Positions 18,615-28,186 of a stretch of 64,000 bases of DNA are shown one piece after another. A program made the translations under genes and the position numbers. The notes under the pieces were generated by a model that was not told the origin of the DNA, ran no database searches, and saw nothing but the letters and a program-made list of their open reading frames with translations. This DNA comes from an uncultured Poribacteria bacterium (lineage in GTDB: Bacteria > Poribacteria > WGA-4E > WGA-3G). Location: positions 1,792,001 through 1,856,000 of the forward strand of contig CATQHZ020000001.1 in assembly GCA_958296135.2 (NCBI GenBank). Reading direction: 5' to 3'. Numbering within the stretch: the first letter of the stretch is position 1; each line of letters begins with the position of its first letter.

Positions 18615-19449
18615 AAAATTCGAGAAACAAGGCTATCTTGTCGTGAAATCAGCACTGCACGAGGCAGCACTCGCGCCGTTAATCGCCGTTATCTCCAACG
18701 TGGTTGATACGCGTGCGCAAGAACTCCGCAACGCTGGCACCCTCTCAAACCTTCATGAGGCCCTGCCTTTTGAACACCGATGGCATGCTGTTCTTCACGA
18801 CTGCGGTAGGGAAAATGAGGTATTTGGATGGCATACGCTCGTTTTTAGCGAGGCACTCTTTAACCTGATAACGCACCCGAACGTGCTGGATGTCGTGGAA
18901 ATGCTGATTGGAAGCGACATCCAATTCAACGGCGATTTTTGGGTGCGCCCTAAACTGCCGAACGAAAAATTGACAACGCTGCCTTGGCATCAGGACAGCG
19001 CGTATATGCCTAAAACTGAAAAGGATACGCATCTCACCGTGTGGCTGCCCTTGGGAGATGTGACAGCGGAAAATGGCGCGATGCAATTCTTGACGGGAAG
19101 TCATAAGCGTGGGTTGCAAGCCTATCATCGCGTTGAAGGCGAAACGTTCGCCGTGCCGGTCCGCCCGCCTACTTCACACGCGGACGACATTGAGACCTTG
19201 GAGATGCAAAAGGGAGATCTGCTCATTTTTGACAATCTGGTGTTCCATCGTTCCTTACTAAACCGCAGCGATATTATCCGCTGGTCTGCAGATTTTCGGT
19301 TCAGTCGGGCAGGCACATCCCTAGATGGGCTCTGGCACGAAGCAATTGCCTGTCTTGTTCGTGCCTATGACAGCCAGCAGTGTCCAACTTCGTGGGCGGC
19401 ATGGCAAGCACAATGGGAAGCAAGTCCGCATAAAGGCAGATTCGTTTAG
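18598..19449 (+). CDS. Phytanoyl-CoA dioxygenase (PhyH) family Fe(II)/2OG oxygenase
   Basis: FEKQGYLVV, PWHQDSAY, GSHK, GDLLIF..FHRS..N..R. Confidence 0.9.
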   Translation: MDIQTEKFEKQGYLVVKSALHEAALAPLIAVISNVVDTRAQELRNAGTLSNLHEALPFEHRWHAVLHDCGRENEVFGWHTLVFSEALFNLITHPNVLDVVEMLIGSDIQFNGDFWVRPKLPNEKLTTLPWHQDSAYMPKTEKDTHLTVWLPLGDVTAENGAMQFLTGSHKRGLQAYHRVEGETFAVPVRPPTSHADDIETLEMQKGDLLIFDNLVFHRSLLNRSDIIRWSADFRFSRAGTSLDGLWHEAIACLVRAYDSQQCPTSWAAWQAQWEASPHKGRFV

Positions 19450-19474
19450 ACACACCGATTGAAGGAGAATAAAA

Positions 19475-20290
19475 ATGCGAGTGCTAATTATGTCGGATAT
19501 GGAAGGGGTTAGCGGCATTGTCGTGTGGGAACAGGTGAACGGCGGTGCCGCGATGTTTGAAGAAGGCCGGCACCTCTACACAGAAGAAATCAACGCCGCT
19601 GTGCGCGGTGCAAAAGCCGCCGGGGCGACAGAAATTGTCGTCGTCGATTGCCACGGTGCTGGGCAGGGCTGGACTTTTAATTCGCTCATCCCGGACAGGA
19701 TTCATCCCGATTGCGAGTGGGTAGCGCACCACGGGTGGGGACGTTACGACGAGATGTGGGAAAAAGGATGCGATGCATGTTTGCTCATCGGCATGCACGC
19801 CCGCAACGGAACACCCGACGGTGTCCTGTGCCACACTATCTCCACTGTCAAATACAGAAACCTCTGGTTTAACGATGCACTTGTCGGTGAAACGGGTGTG
19901 AACGCCGCGCTCAACGGGCACTATGGTGTCCCTGTCGTTCTCGTCACAGGCGATGAGGCAGTCTGCCGAGAAGCGAAGACGCTCCTCGGCGATTCCCTGC
20001 CAACTGTCGCTGTCAAAAGAGGACTCAGCCGGTATAGCGCGCGGCAACTCCCTCCCATCCGCGCTCGCGAACGGATTGAGGCAGCAGCCAAAAGCGCGCT
20101 CACCGGACGCATCGCAACGCAACCCTACGTGCCCGAAAAGCCAACGACAATCCGAATTGAACTCGACAGCGTTGATAAACTCGCCGATTTCAAAGGGCGG
20201 CAGGGGATTGAAATCACCGGGCCGCTCGCCGTTGAAAGCCGCGCGAAAGATTGGTTAACCGCGTGGAACCAATTCTGGCCCTACGCTTAG
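19475..20290 (+). CDS. D-aminopeptidase, M55/DppA family
   Basis: SDMEG, DCHG, GMHA, LCHT, VGETG. Confidence 0.92.
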   Translation: MRVLIMSDMEGVSGIVVWEQVNGGAAMFEEGRHLYTEEINAAVRGAKAAGATEIVVVDCHGAGQGWTFNSLIPDRIHPDCEWVAHHGWGRYDEMWEKGCDACLLIGMHARNGTPDGVLCHTISTVKYRNLWFNDALVGETGVNAALNGHYGVPVVLVTGDEAVCREAKTLLGDSLPTVAVKRGLSRYSARQLPPIRARERIEAAAKSALTGRIATQPYVPEKPTTIRIELDSVDKLADFKGRQGIEITGPLAVESRAKDWLTAWNQFWPYA

Positions 20291-20326
20291 ATGCATCGCG
20301 ATTTCCGCGCGAAGGCGCACAGAATT

Positions 20327-20749
20327 TTAGGCATCCTCAAGAACGCTGAGCGGATCTCCCGAAGCGTCTTTTCGCTCCAAGATTTCAACCTCGTAACCGT
20401 CCGGGTCGGTGATGAACGCCATCTTCATGCCGCCGGACGTGAATTGCGCGCGCCATTCATCCGGCCAGATTTCAAGTCCGGCCCCCTCTAAACCGTCGCA
20501 AAACGCAACGATGTCCGGAACGCCGATTGCGAAATGCATCAGGTCTTCCTGAACGTTAAGTTCAAAATCCGGCGAGTAAGTGAGCTCCAACGTGTGCGCG
20601 TTCCCCGGCAGTTCCAGGTGCACGATCTGGTTGCCTGCCGGGGATTTATCGCTACGGCTGAGAACTTTGAATCCCAAATGGTTGCAATACCAATCGATTG
20701 AACCATCTAGATCGCTGACGCGAACCCGTGTGTGTAAAAAAATAGCCAT
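20327..20749 (-). CDS. VOC/glyoxalase (lactoylglutathione lyase-like) protein
   Basis: LHTRVRV, LELTY, HFAIGV, FITDPDGYEVE. Confidence 0.9.
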   Translation of the reverse strand: MAIFLHTRVRVSDLDGSIDWYCNHLGFKVLSRSDKSPAGNQIVHLELPGNAHTLELTYSPDFELNVQEDLMHFAIGVPDIVAFCDGLEGAGLEIWPDEWRAQFTSGGMKMAFITDPDGYEVEILERKDASGDPLSVLEDA

Positions 20750-20859
20750 GTTCTTCTCCTTATTTTTCGGCTGACGCGCTTTGGAGGCGCGCCTACCGGC
20801 ACTTGATTAATAATGAAGACATGTTGACATACTCCGTGAATTTTGGCAAGACTATTATC

Positions 20860-20888
20860 TTGACACATTCTGCAGAACATCGTATAAT
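20860..20888 (+). promoter_or_regulatory. Perfect-consensus sigma70 promoter of the R-M gene
   Basis: TTGACA-17 nt-TATAAT. Confidence 0.8.
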
Positions 20889-20925
20889 TCTGAAACGAGC
20901 CATTCTCCTCAGGAAGGAAACCGTC

Positions 20926-23900
20926 ATGAAACAAGCCGAGAATACTATCACGAGCCGTCTCGTGAGTCAACTCAATCGCATGGCAAATTGGACATTGCGC
21001 CAACAGCAAAAACCGCTCGCCGGCAACCAAAAACAGCCCGACGTGATGCTGACCCGGGCCGGACATGAACCCGTCGCCATTGAGGCAAAATGGGAAGACA
21101 ATCCCAAAGACGGCACCGAGCAAGTCCGCGGGTATCTCGGACAGCCCCTGAAACCCGAATACGCCACCATCGGCGAAACTCTCCGCGCGGCCATGGTTGT
21201 CCGTTATCCTACCTTCCTGCAGACTGTCGAGGATAGCGACATTGAGCGCGCCTTGTGCGAGACAGACGCACTGGAATATCTACTCATCGGGCAGCGCCAC
21301 GGCGAACCTTATCAATTCCCACGCGCCGGGTTTGCCAGCGGCACCCTCGCCGATATCGCGAATGCCCTCCACGTCGGCGCAGTGCCAAGCGAACGCATCG
21401 ATGCCGCCGCCCAGCAGATGGAACGCGACATCCATATCGCCGCCGAATGGCTCCTCGCGGCCCTGCCCGCAAAGCCTGCCATCGGCACCAACCTCCACCA
21501 CATCTTGGAGCAGGAACCCGGCGAGCAAACCGCACGGATGGCCTGCCTCATTCTCACCGACGCGTTCGTCTTCCAAAATGCTGTCGCCGGGCAGACAGGG
21601 CTGGAAGCAGTCCGTCCCCTCGCCTACTATAGAACCGAACCCCTGACGTGGACGGCCGTGGTAAAAGATTGGGAGACTATCCTGGCCCTCAACTACCAGC
21701 CGATTTTCAGAGATGCCCAACGGATGGTGAAAGCGGCGTTCATTTACGACGAGGCGATGTCGAACCGCGTGCTGAAAAAGTTGTGGGAGGCCGCCTGCAC
21801 CCTCGTCGCGTCGCACCTGCCGCAACTCCATGAATTAACCGGCGAAGTCTTCCAGAAACTCATCATTGACAGGCGATACGTCAAGGCAAACTATACGCTG
21901 CCGACAAGTGCAGCCCTGTTGTCGGCGTTAGTTTGTCCGAGCCTCCCCGAAGATGGCAGTCTGCCGAAGGTGGCAGACTATGCGTGTGGCACCGGTGCGC
22001 TGCTGAACGGCGTTTACAAACGCGTGCAACGCCTCTACGAACAGCAGACTGGGCTCGGTAGTGTGGAGATTCATCAGCAGATGCTGGAAAATCACCTCGC
22101 TGGCACAGACATCTACTCGCACTGCACGCATCTGACGTTCGCGGCGATGGCGAGTGCCCACCCCGAAATCACCCTGGGTGCGACGCGCGTCATCACTGCA
22201 CCTTACGGACAACAGCCCGATGGCACCTACAAAACCGGCTCGTTAGACTTGTTAGACAGCCAACTGCTGTTCGCGCCGATGGAAGCGGCAGGAGAACAAG
22301 TTACTGGTGATGACACTGCCACGGCGGAGTTGAAGCGCGAATTTCCCGATGGCGAGATGGATATCGTCATTATGAATCCGCCGTTTGCACGCCCTGGTGC
22401 AGATAGTTCCACCCGGGCGAGTAAAACCACTTTCAAGAGCTATGAGCATTCCGATGCTGTTAAAGATGAGATGCAAGAGGCGTTAGCACAAAAGGAGATT
22501 CGCGTAGCAAATGGGATTAACGGGCTCGGTTCATATTTCGTCGATATGGCAGACCGGAAATTGAAAGAGGGGGGTGTGATGGGTTTCATCCTCCTGTCAA
22601 CGATTTTAACGGGCGCGAGCATGAACAAGGTTAGGCGTATGCTGGCGGAGGAATATCACGACGTGCTAGTGTCAACCATCGCGGGTGCGAGTGGCCATGA
22701 CAGCGCGTTTTCTGCGGATACGAGCATGGCAGAATGCATCATCGTAGCGACGAAAGGGGTAGGCGCGAACACGGGGCGCGCGAAATTTGTCTGTCTCTCC
22801 GAGCGTCCCAATAGTCTGCTGTCGGCACAGACGTTAGCAGAAAGCATTCGTCGTCAACCTGTCACACGGAGGTTGGAAGACGCGCCGCACGGCAGCGATG
22901 ACTTGATGGTTGGGGATGTCTGTATGGGACAAATTTTAGATTGTCCCATTGACGAAAACGAGTGGGGAGTTTCGCGTGTAGCCTCAATGTCGCTAGTGCA
23001 GACAGCCTATCACATCCGGCGAGGGCAGCTGCACCTACCACAGATGCTAGATGGAAACGACATTCCCGTGTGCCAACTAGGCGAGGTTGCAGAAGTGGGA
23101 TATAGCCATCGCGATATCAAAGACAAAGGCAAGCGTGGGGCGTTTGAGTTGCGCGAGCGCGCATCGGGCACACAAGACGGCTACGATGCGTTGTGGGAGG
23201 TAAATGCCCCCCTGCAGCGGGCGATGGTGACTGAGCCGGATTACAAAGCCAAAATCAAACCCGATAATCTTGACAAAGCGCGGCGAATTCTGGAACGCAG
23301 CACTCGCACGCATTATCACGTCAATTTGCGTTATAACGCGAATTCGGCGATTGCTTCATGGACAGAGCATCCAAGTATCGGTATCACTTCGCTGAAGAAC
23401 GTGAACTTGGGAGATGTCCGATACGAAGCCGCGTGGACACTCTGGTGCAATTCTACATTAGGCTTGCTGTGTCACTGGATGCATTGCGGAAAGCAGCAAC
23501 CGGGGCGCAGTAGAATGGATCTTACAAGCCTCGCGGGACTTCATACTGTGGACGTACGGGAACTCACCGACGAGCAGTTGCAAGCGGCGGATGCGGTGTT
23601 CGCTGACTTGAAATCCTATCGGATGCTGCCCTACAACGAGTGCCACCGCGATGCATGGCGGCATGTGTTGGATGCACGGTTGTTGGCTGAGGTGTTAGGC
23701 ATCACCGACCCGGGTGTCCACGAGGCGATGCAGACGCTGCGCGAGTTGCTCTCCGCTGAGCCGAGCATCCGCGGCACCAAGAAATCCACGTGTGATTTAG
23801 CCAAGGAACGTAAAAAGCACCGCCTCCCCGGCACCGATGCGTCAGACAACAGCGCGCTAGCCTCGGCACAGCAGCAGTTGGCAGCACGCGGTATTCCCTT

Positions 23901-24006
23901 ACCTGTCATCAAGGCCGCACCGGTGCAGGCGAAGAAGGCGAACCCTACCGAGCCGTTGCTTCCGCCGAATGTTGTGCCGTTCACACCGAGCCGGGCGCGT
24001 CTCTAG
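20926..24006 (+). CDS. Type IIG-like fused restriction endonuclease/N6-adenine methyltransferase
   Basis: N-terminal QPDV..IEAK nuclease motif, NYTLP, motif I DYACGTGALL, motif IV MNPPF, C-terminal TRD-like region. Start MKQAEN follows AGGAAGG. Confidence 0.85.
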   Translation: MKQAENTITSRLVSQLNRMANWTLRQQQKPLAGNQKQPDVMLTRAGHEPVAIEAKWEDNPKDGTEQVRGYLGQPLKPEYATIGETLRAAMVVRYPTFLQTVEDSDIERALCETDALEYLLIGQRHGEPYQFPRAGFASGTLADIANALHVGAVPSERIDAAAQQMERDIHIAAEWLLAALPAKPAIGTNLHHILEQEPGEQTARMACLILTDAFVFQNAVAGQTGLEAVRPLAYYRTEPLTWTAVVKDWETILALNYQPIFRDAQRMVKAAFIYDEAMSNRVLKKLWEAACTLVASHLPQLHELTGEVFQKLIIDRRYVKANYTLPTSAALLSALVCPSLPEDGSLPKVADYACGTGALLNGVYKRVQRLYEQQTGLGSVEIHQQMLENHLAGTDIYSHCTHLTFAAMASAHPEITLGATRVITAPYGQQPDGTYKTGSLDLLDSQLLFAPMEAAGEQVTGDDTATAELKREFPDGEMDIVIMNPPFARPGADSSTRASKTTFKSYEHSDAVKDEMQEALAQKEIRVANGINGLGSYFVDMADRKLKEGGVMGFILLSTILTGASMNKVRRMLAEEYHDVLVSTIAGASGHDSAFSADTSMAECIIVATKGVGANTGRAKFVCLSERPNSLLSAQTLAESIRRQPVTRRLEDAPHGSDDLMVGDVCMGQILDCPIDENEWGVSRVASMSLVQTAYHIRRGQLHLPQMLDGNDIPVCQLGEVAEVGYSHRDIKDKGKRGAFELRERASGTQDGYDALWEVNAPLQRAMVTEPDYKAKIKPDNLDKARRILERSTRTHYHVNLRYNANSAIASWTEHPSIGITSLKNVNLGDVRYEAAWTLWCNSTLGLLCHWMHCGKQQPGRSRMDLTSLAGLHTVDVRELTDEQLQAADAVFADLKSYRMLPYNECHRDAWRHVLDARLLAEVLGITDPGVHEAMQTLRELLSAEPSIRGTKKSTCDLAKERKKHRLPGTDASDNSALASAQQQLAARGIPLPVIKAAPVQAKKANPTEPLLPPNVVPFTPSRARL

Positions 24007-24151
24007 GCGGGCCGCGCGAGGGCGCACAACCGGGCTGTCCTGCGCGAGGCTGCGTATAATTTTGTCAGATTCAAAACTACGTTCACTTAAGGATTTCCCC
24101 GACGAAGAACTCGTCGGCTACACCCGCGCAAAACATTAACGGAAACGAAAA

Positions 24152-25519
24152 ATGAGAAAAACCGATAAACCCAACGTCCTCTTTATCATGGCGGACCAGC
24201 ACCGATACGACTATCTTGAATCGGCTGAGGACGCACCCGCAGCACTCCATACCCCCAATCTACGGCGACTCGCGGAACGGGGAACCCATTTCCCAAACTG
24301 CACTACGAACGCCCCGGTTTGCGCACCCGCACGCATCGCTTTGGCTACCGGACTACAACCTTCGCGCGTCGGCGCACTGGATAACGGATGCTTCCTCCCG
24401 GCCACCGTGCCTACCTATTACCAAAGACTTCGCGATAACGGATACCGCGTCGGATGTGTCGGTAAACTTGACTTGGCAAAACCGGACGGTTACAACGGCC
24501 GCTACGGCGACAGACCGCGGGCTTACAGCTGGGGTTTCACACACCCCGAAGAATGTGAAGGCAAAATGCATGCCGGCAGCTCGCCAACGCCCATCGGCCC
24601 CTATACCCATTATCTGGAGGAAAAAGGCCTGCTGCAGGCGTTTCACGAAGATTATCGGAAACGGAGTTCTCGCGGATGGATCAAAGGCGGTTCCTACGAC
24701 TCTGTTCTTCCAACGGAGGATTTTGCGGATACCTACATCGGCAGACGCGCGACAGAGTTCATTCAGCATATCCCGGAGGACTTCCCGTGGCACTTGTTCG
24801 TCAGTTTCGTCGGCCCGCACGATCCGTTCGATCCGCCTACGGAATACGCCGATAAGTATCGCGACGCAGCCATGCCGCCGCCCATTGCGGGTGCCCTGAA
24901 CGGAAAACCAGAGTGGGTGAGGAAGCGCGTCGTTGATATGACACCGGAGGAAATTGCAGTCACGCGACAGCAATACTGCGCCGCGACCGAGTTGATTGAC
25001 GCGCAAATCGGTGCGATGCTGACTGCGCTGGAACAACGCGGCATGCTTGAAAACACCTATATCCTCTACACCAGCGACCACGGTGAAATGCTCGGCGACC
25101 ACGGGCTTTACACGAAAAGCGTGGCGTATGAGGCATCGCTGCGGGTGCCACTGCTCGCCGCGGGACCTGGCATAGAAGCCGGCCGCACTTCGCATGCATT
25201 GGTTGAACTCATCGATCTGAACCCGACGATTTGCGAAGTGGCAGGCGTGCCGGTGCTAGAGAACATTGATGCGCGTTCTATTGCATCGGTGTTGCGCGGT
25301 GAGACCGGCATGCATCGCACAGAAACCGTCAGCGCGCTCCGAAACTTCCGGTGTATCCGTACTGCCACCCATAAACTGATTGAAACCTACAACGATGTCA
25401 CGGAACTCTATGATTTATCAGCCGATCCGATGGAGTTGCATAACATCGCTCAGACAGAACGCAAATTGGTAGGGCAGCTGCGAGCGCGGTTGGGGCAGCG
25501 TTTCCGAACAGAGTTATGA
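24152..25519 (+). CDS. Sulfatase (formylglycine-dependent)
   Basis: PNVLFIMADQHR, CAPAR, GPHDP, SDHGEMLGDHG. Confidence 0.95.
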   Translation: MRKTDKPNVLFIMADQHRYDYLESAEDAPAALHTPNLRRLAERGTHFPNCTTNAPVCAPARIALATGLQPSRVGALDNGCFLPATVPTYYQRLRDNGYRVGCVGKLDLAKPDGYNGRYGDRPRAYSWGFTHPEECEGKMHAGSSPTPIGPYTHYLEEKGLLQAFHEDYRKRSSRGWIKGGSYDSVLPTEDFADTYIGRRATEFIQHIPEDFPWHLFVSFVGPHDPFDPPTEYADKYRDAAMPPPIAGALNGKPEWVRKRVVDMTPEEIAVTRQQYCAATELIDAQIGAMLTALEQRGMLENTYILYTSDHGEMLGDHGLYTKSVAYEASLRVPLLAAGPGIEAGRTSHALVELIDLNPTICEVAGVPVLENIDARSIASVLRGETGMHRTETVSALRNFRCIRTATHKLIETYNDVTELYDLSADPMELHNIAQTERKLVGQLRARLGQRFRTEL

Positions 25520-25576
25520 ACGCGCCTATAGACATTCAGGTGCTAACTAACAGCCCTTGAATCGGAGTTATTTCTT

Positions 25577-26800
25577 TTGAGATTTGACGCAAATCGGGCG
25601 TATCAGCATGTCAGGCAAATCGCATTTCCGCGCCTCGTTGGAAGCGTGGGTGAGACGAAGGCGCGAGAATATATCGTCCAGCACTTCAGGGACTTGGGCC
25701 TGCATGTCGTGCGAGAGCCCTTCCATTTCACAACATTCCCTGCGGAAGTGCTACCCCGTATCCTCTGTGCTATTTTCACCCTGGTAGTGTTCATCGTGCC
25801 GTGGCTCGGCGAACGGTTTCCGGTGCTGGCGTGCCTCCTCTGTTTGGGGAGCCTCGCCGTGGCGATGGTATTCACGCAGTGGCAACAATGGCTAGAAACG
25901 CTATATGATGTTGGCAAAAAGCATCGTTCAGAAAATGTTATCGCCAGGGATGACGTGCCTCAGACAGAGGGGACAACTACCCTACTTTTCGTGGCACATT
26001 ACGACTCCAAATCGCAGGTACTACCGATTGCAGTGCGAGCGGTAGCCTACGGTATCGCAATTGCCGGGCTCATCTGCCTCTCTAGTCTAACGCTTGCGAA
26101 GGTACTCTTCCACCTTTGGTTACCCGCTAGGTTTTTGTGGGGCATCGCGGGAACTACCGTTTTCGGGTTGTTGCTGTTACAGTTCAATGTCACGCAAAAC
26201 CGTTCGCCGGGTGGTTTTGATAACGCTTCGGGCATCGGCGTTCTCTTGGAGTTAGCCCGGTCCTGTAAGGAAGGATTTCCAGATGCCTCCATCCCTAAAA
26301 TGCCTCAAAAACCTCGCTGCATCTTTCTCGCCACCGGTGCAGAAGAATACGGGTTATGCGGTGCCCTGCGTTATATCCAACGGCATGCTGATGCCTACGA
26401 ACGCAGCTTAACCTACGTCATTAACCTTGATGGACTTGGGGTGGGTAATTCGGTGAACGCTATCATACGCTATGGAATTCCGCCGGTTCGCACAGCACAG
26501 AAACTCGCTGAGGCCCTTCGCGCATCAGGCAAGGGGCTCGGTATCAAGGTTACGGAACGCTACTCTCCTATCGGTATAGGATTTGACAGTATACCCATCG
26601 CGAGTCGTGGATTTGAAGCAGTCACGCTCACGTCGGGAGATGTTAGCAAGGTTGCGTTAAAAGTTCATTCCAAACACGACCGGGGCGAACTACTCGACGT
26701 GGAAAGTTTACAATGCGTAGGTGAATTAATTGTCAATTTCATTGAACACACCCGCAAAACCAACGAATCCGCAAGTAGTCAAACCACGATTGCAGCGTGA
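25577..26800 (+). CDS. M28 family metallopeptidase with inserted transmembrane segments
   Basis: AHYDS, DNASG, AEEYGL, NLD, HSKHD; hydrophobic helices. Confidence 0.85.
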   Translation: MRFDANRAYQHVRQIAFPRLVGSVGETKAREYIVQHFRDLGLHVVREPFHFTTFPAEVLPRILCAIFTLVVFIVPWLGERFPVLACLLCLGSLAVAMVFTQWQQWLETLYDVGKKHRSENVIARDDVPQTEGTTTLLFVAHYDSKSQVLPIAVRAVAYGIAIAGLICLSSLTLAKVLFHLWLPARFLWGIAGTTVFGLLLLQFNVTQNRSPGGFDNASGIGVLLELARSCKEGFPDASIPKMPQKPRCIFLATGAEEYGLCGALRYIQRHADAYERSLTYVINLDGLGVGNSVNAIIRYGIPPVRTAQKLAEALRASGKGLGIKVTERYSPIGIGFDSIPIASRGFEAVTLTSGDVSKVALKVHSKHDRGELLDVESLQCVGELIVNFIEHTRKTNESASSQTTIAA

Positions 26801-27479
26801 TTCATCGGTGCTTGTTACTGGGATTATTCTTGCAGGCGGGAGAAGCCGGCGGATGGGGCAGAATAAGGCGTTGCTGCAGCTCGGGTCTGAAACGCTCATC
26901 GAGCATGTTATCCATCGTCTGATAGGCGTTACGGATGAACGGCTGCTTATCACCAATAGTCCCGAAGAATATGTGCACCTGAATCTCCCGATGCACGGCG
27001 ATATTCTTCCGAATGCAGGCGCGTTAGGGGGCATTCACGCAGGTTTAACGTATGCCTCGCATGAGACAGTATTATGCGTTGCATGCGATAGTCCTTTCTT
27101 ACAACCTGCGCTCCTCACTTATCTGATTTCCGCGATGGAAACGGAGGATGCTGTCGTTCCTTACACCGAAACCCAAGAACCGAACGTAGGGAGGGTGCCT
27201 GTCCTACACCCTGCCACCCTAGCCGCAAACACCACCTCGCGAACAACCAAAAAATTCCAGACGTTGTGCGCAGTCTACTCCAAACGCTGTCTGCCAGTCA
27301 TAGAGCAAATGCTGGCAGACTCGGAGTTGCGCGTGCATGAACTCTATCGGCGTATCCGATGCCGGGAAGTTCCTCCGGCGATATGGCAAACGTTTGATGC
27401 AGAAGGCGTGTCATTTTTCAATGTGAACACACCGGCAGATTTTGAACGCGCCAAGAGGGAACAGGATTTTAGGATTTAG
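26730..27479 (+). CDS. mobA: Molybdenum cofactor guanylyltransferase
   Basis: LAGGRSRRMG..KA, GALGGIHAGL, ACDSP, FNVNTPADF. The true start is probably the GTG near 26808. Confidence 0.9.
   Translation: MSISLNTPAKPTNPQVVKPRLQRDSSVLVTGIILAGGRSRRMGQNKALLQLGSETLIEHVIHRLIGVTDERLLITNSPEEYVHLNLPMHGDILPNAGALGGIHAGLTYASHETVLCVACDSPFLQPALLTYLISAMETEDAVVPYTETQEPNVGRVPVLHPATLAANTTSRTTKKFQTLCAVYSKRCLPVIEQMLADSELRVHELYRRIRCREVPPAIWQTFDAEGVSFFNVNTPADFERAKREQDFRI
27186..27254 (+). repeat. REP plus element 3' end, in frame in mobA
   Basis: GTAGGGAGGGTGCCTGTCC..GCAAACACCACCTCGCGAACAACCAAAAAA. Confidence 0.7.
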
Positions 27480-27592
27480 CAGGGTCGCGTTTGATGTATC
27501 TGTTCAGGATGCACCTGGGGGGTGGTTTTTCTGCAAGATGCCTCATGTCGCCATTCCGTTCTCTTCTCTGATGCAGCCGCCCGAAAAAAGTT

Positions 27593-27621
27593 TTGACATT
27601 TGCCGCGAATTATGCTATAAT
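27593..27621 (+). promoter_or_regulatory. Perfect-consensus sigma70 promoter
   Basis: TTGACA-17 nt-TATAAT with extended TG. Confidence 0.8.
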
Positions 27622-27667
27622 TTTTACCGGTTGCAACGTTTTTGAGATTCACGGAGTTAGGAGGAAC

Positions 27668-28186
27668 ATGCAAGGATTCGTTAACCGCCTTCGACATTGG
27701 GATACACTCCTGTTCCATCGGATTTTTGGATGGAACGGACGCAGATACCTTGACACGGTTATGTTCAGCGTATCGCGCAGTGCTGATGGGCATCTCTATA
27801 TTCTTATCGCGGGATACCTGCTGCTGTTTGAAAGCACGCTTTTCGTCACAGCCGCTGTGGCGTTCGCGTTGGAGCGTTCACTTTATTGGACGCTGAAGCG
27901 CGCCTTCAAACGGCAACGCCCCTGCAACCAACTTGAAGATGTCCAATTCTTGGTGGCACCGCCGGACCTATTCAGTTTTCCATCGGGACATACGGCGGCG
28001 GCGTTTGCGATGATGACGTTGCTAATGCAGCTTTTCCCGGCATACCGGCTGCCGATGCAGCTGTGGGCGACGACGGTGGGGTTCTCGCGCGTCTACCTCG
28101 GGAACCACTATCCTACGGATGTTATCGCAGGCGCGATGCTGGGCAGTCTGTGTGCGAAAATCGGTATCGCTTTTGTGTGGCTTTAA
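27668..28186 (+). CDS. PAP2 family phosphatase
   Basis: KRAFKRQRP, SFPSGH, SRVYLGNHYPTDV; ATG 27668 follows AGGAGG. Confidence 0.92.
   Translation: MQGFVNRLRHWDTLLFHRIFGWNGRRYLDTVMFSVSRSADGHLYILIAGYLLLFESTLFVTAAVAFALERSLYWTLKRAFKRQRPCNQLEDVQFLVAPPDLFSFPSGHTAAAFAMMTLLMQLFPAYRLPMQLWATTVGFSRVYLGNHYPTDVIAGAMLGSLCAKIGIAFVWL

Noticed and set aside
24100-24119. CCGACGA..TCGTCGG hairpin upstream of the sulfatase as a riboswitch or terminator
   Set aside because: A single short stem with no U-tract and no recognisable aptamer.
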